This document shows, one piece after another, positions 63,099-64,000 of a stretch of DNA of 64,000 nt. Made by a program: the position numbers and the translations under genes. The stretch's first letter is position 1. Each line of letters starts with the position of its first letter. The notes under the pieces were generated by a model. That model saw nothing but the letters and a program-made list of their open reading frames with translations. It had not been told where the DNA came from and searched no databases. Source of the DNA: Marsupella aquatica (lineage: Eukaryota > Plantae > Marchantiophyta); contig OZ316892.1 in NCBI GenBank assembly GCA_973895155.1, positions 29,518,932 to 29,582,931 of the forward strand, read 5' to 3'.

Positions 63099-64000
63099 CC
63101 TGATCCGTCACCGGTATTAGCTTAATAGCTCAGCCAAGCTACTTCAGAAAGCCTTGCAAAATTTACAAAAATTGAATCACTAGCAACTCGGTGTATGACA
63201 CAAACAACTTGTAGCATGAAATCACATTGCCACAAAATCACCTAAATCGTTGACAAGCGAACTGAGAGCGTGAAACTACGGGAAGTATTAGTACTCGCAA
63301 AAACTGAGCTCAATTGACAATCCGTGTGCGCTAGGGCAGGAACCAAATCTGCTTGAACTCAGAAACTGCGGAATACGCTCATGAACTAGACAATACCTGG
63401 AAGAATAAATGAAATGCAATTCACGTTGAAGCTCAGCTCAGCTCAGCTCAGCTCAGAGTGAAGAAAGATGCAAGCTTCCAATGTACTTATAGGTAGCCTA
63501 GCTCAATAAAGCTGCATTCATAATTGTCCTGACTGGTGCCAAATTAACTGACTGAACAATTGGCAATCATGATTCAGCTTCAAGTACCAAGCCAAAGAAG
63601 AACAAATAGTCTCGTAGTGTAGAACAGAGATTGCATTTGAAGGTAGTGCCAAATCATCCTCTTAAGTTCCAAACTTTGCTGCAAAGCCTGCGCATGGAGA
63701 ACACGTGTTCGAGTCTGATTGGACCCCATCTTTGGTGCACTTCTCACACAGAAATCAACGATCGGTCTGAAGTAACGAACTCTGAACTTCAAACAGGACT
63801 TCCACACTGCTGACTCATAACTTTATTGCCAAGAAACAGTACCGACACGAGACCCCCCAAAATGGATAACAACACGTGGAGATCGTAGAAGCAACTGTGT
63901 GTGGCTGTCTGGGAACTGATTTGCAAGATTAATTACTAGCTCCAGTGTCACTGCCTCTCTGCAATAAGAACAAGTACTACCCACCGACTTCCCAAGCCAA

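Overview
Eukaryotic, intron-rich land-plant DNA, most likely a bryophyte/liverwort (inferred from gene content, not proven). The left 25 kb holds ordinary host genes: a Ser/Pro-rich ORF, a 4-exon ALMT anion channel and an 11-exon COP9 signalosome subunit 3. The right ~38 kb is an old tandem segmental duplication (copy A ~26.3-43.8 kb, copy B ~54.8-64 kb). It is built around what looks like a genomic fragment acquired from an ascomycete fungus: a HeLo-like-N-terminal + ankyrin gene head-to-head with a decayed fungal-type EngB GTPase that keeps a fungal-style intron. In copy B the HeLo-like-ANK gene is an intact 836-aa ORF. In copy A most of the HeLo-like domain has been replaced by TM + SesB-like alpha/beta-hydrolase exons of a hydrolase-NLR-type gene, and a GT-AG, in-frame model gives a 965-aa TM-hydrolase-ANK chimera. 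Copy A also carries a 5.4-kb PIF/Harbinger-group transposon (ANT TSD) with an extra RPA70-C-like ORF and a Crypton-like tyrosine-recombinase element with terminal palindromes. An RT-deleted Ty1/copia with apparently identical LTRs lies between the two copies. SINEs, MITEs, solo LTRs and minisatellites fill the rest. All homology calls come from motif recognition by eye; no searches were run.
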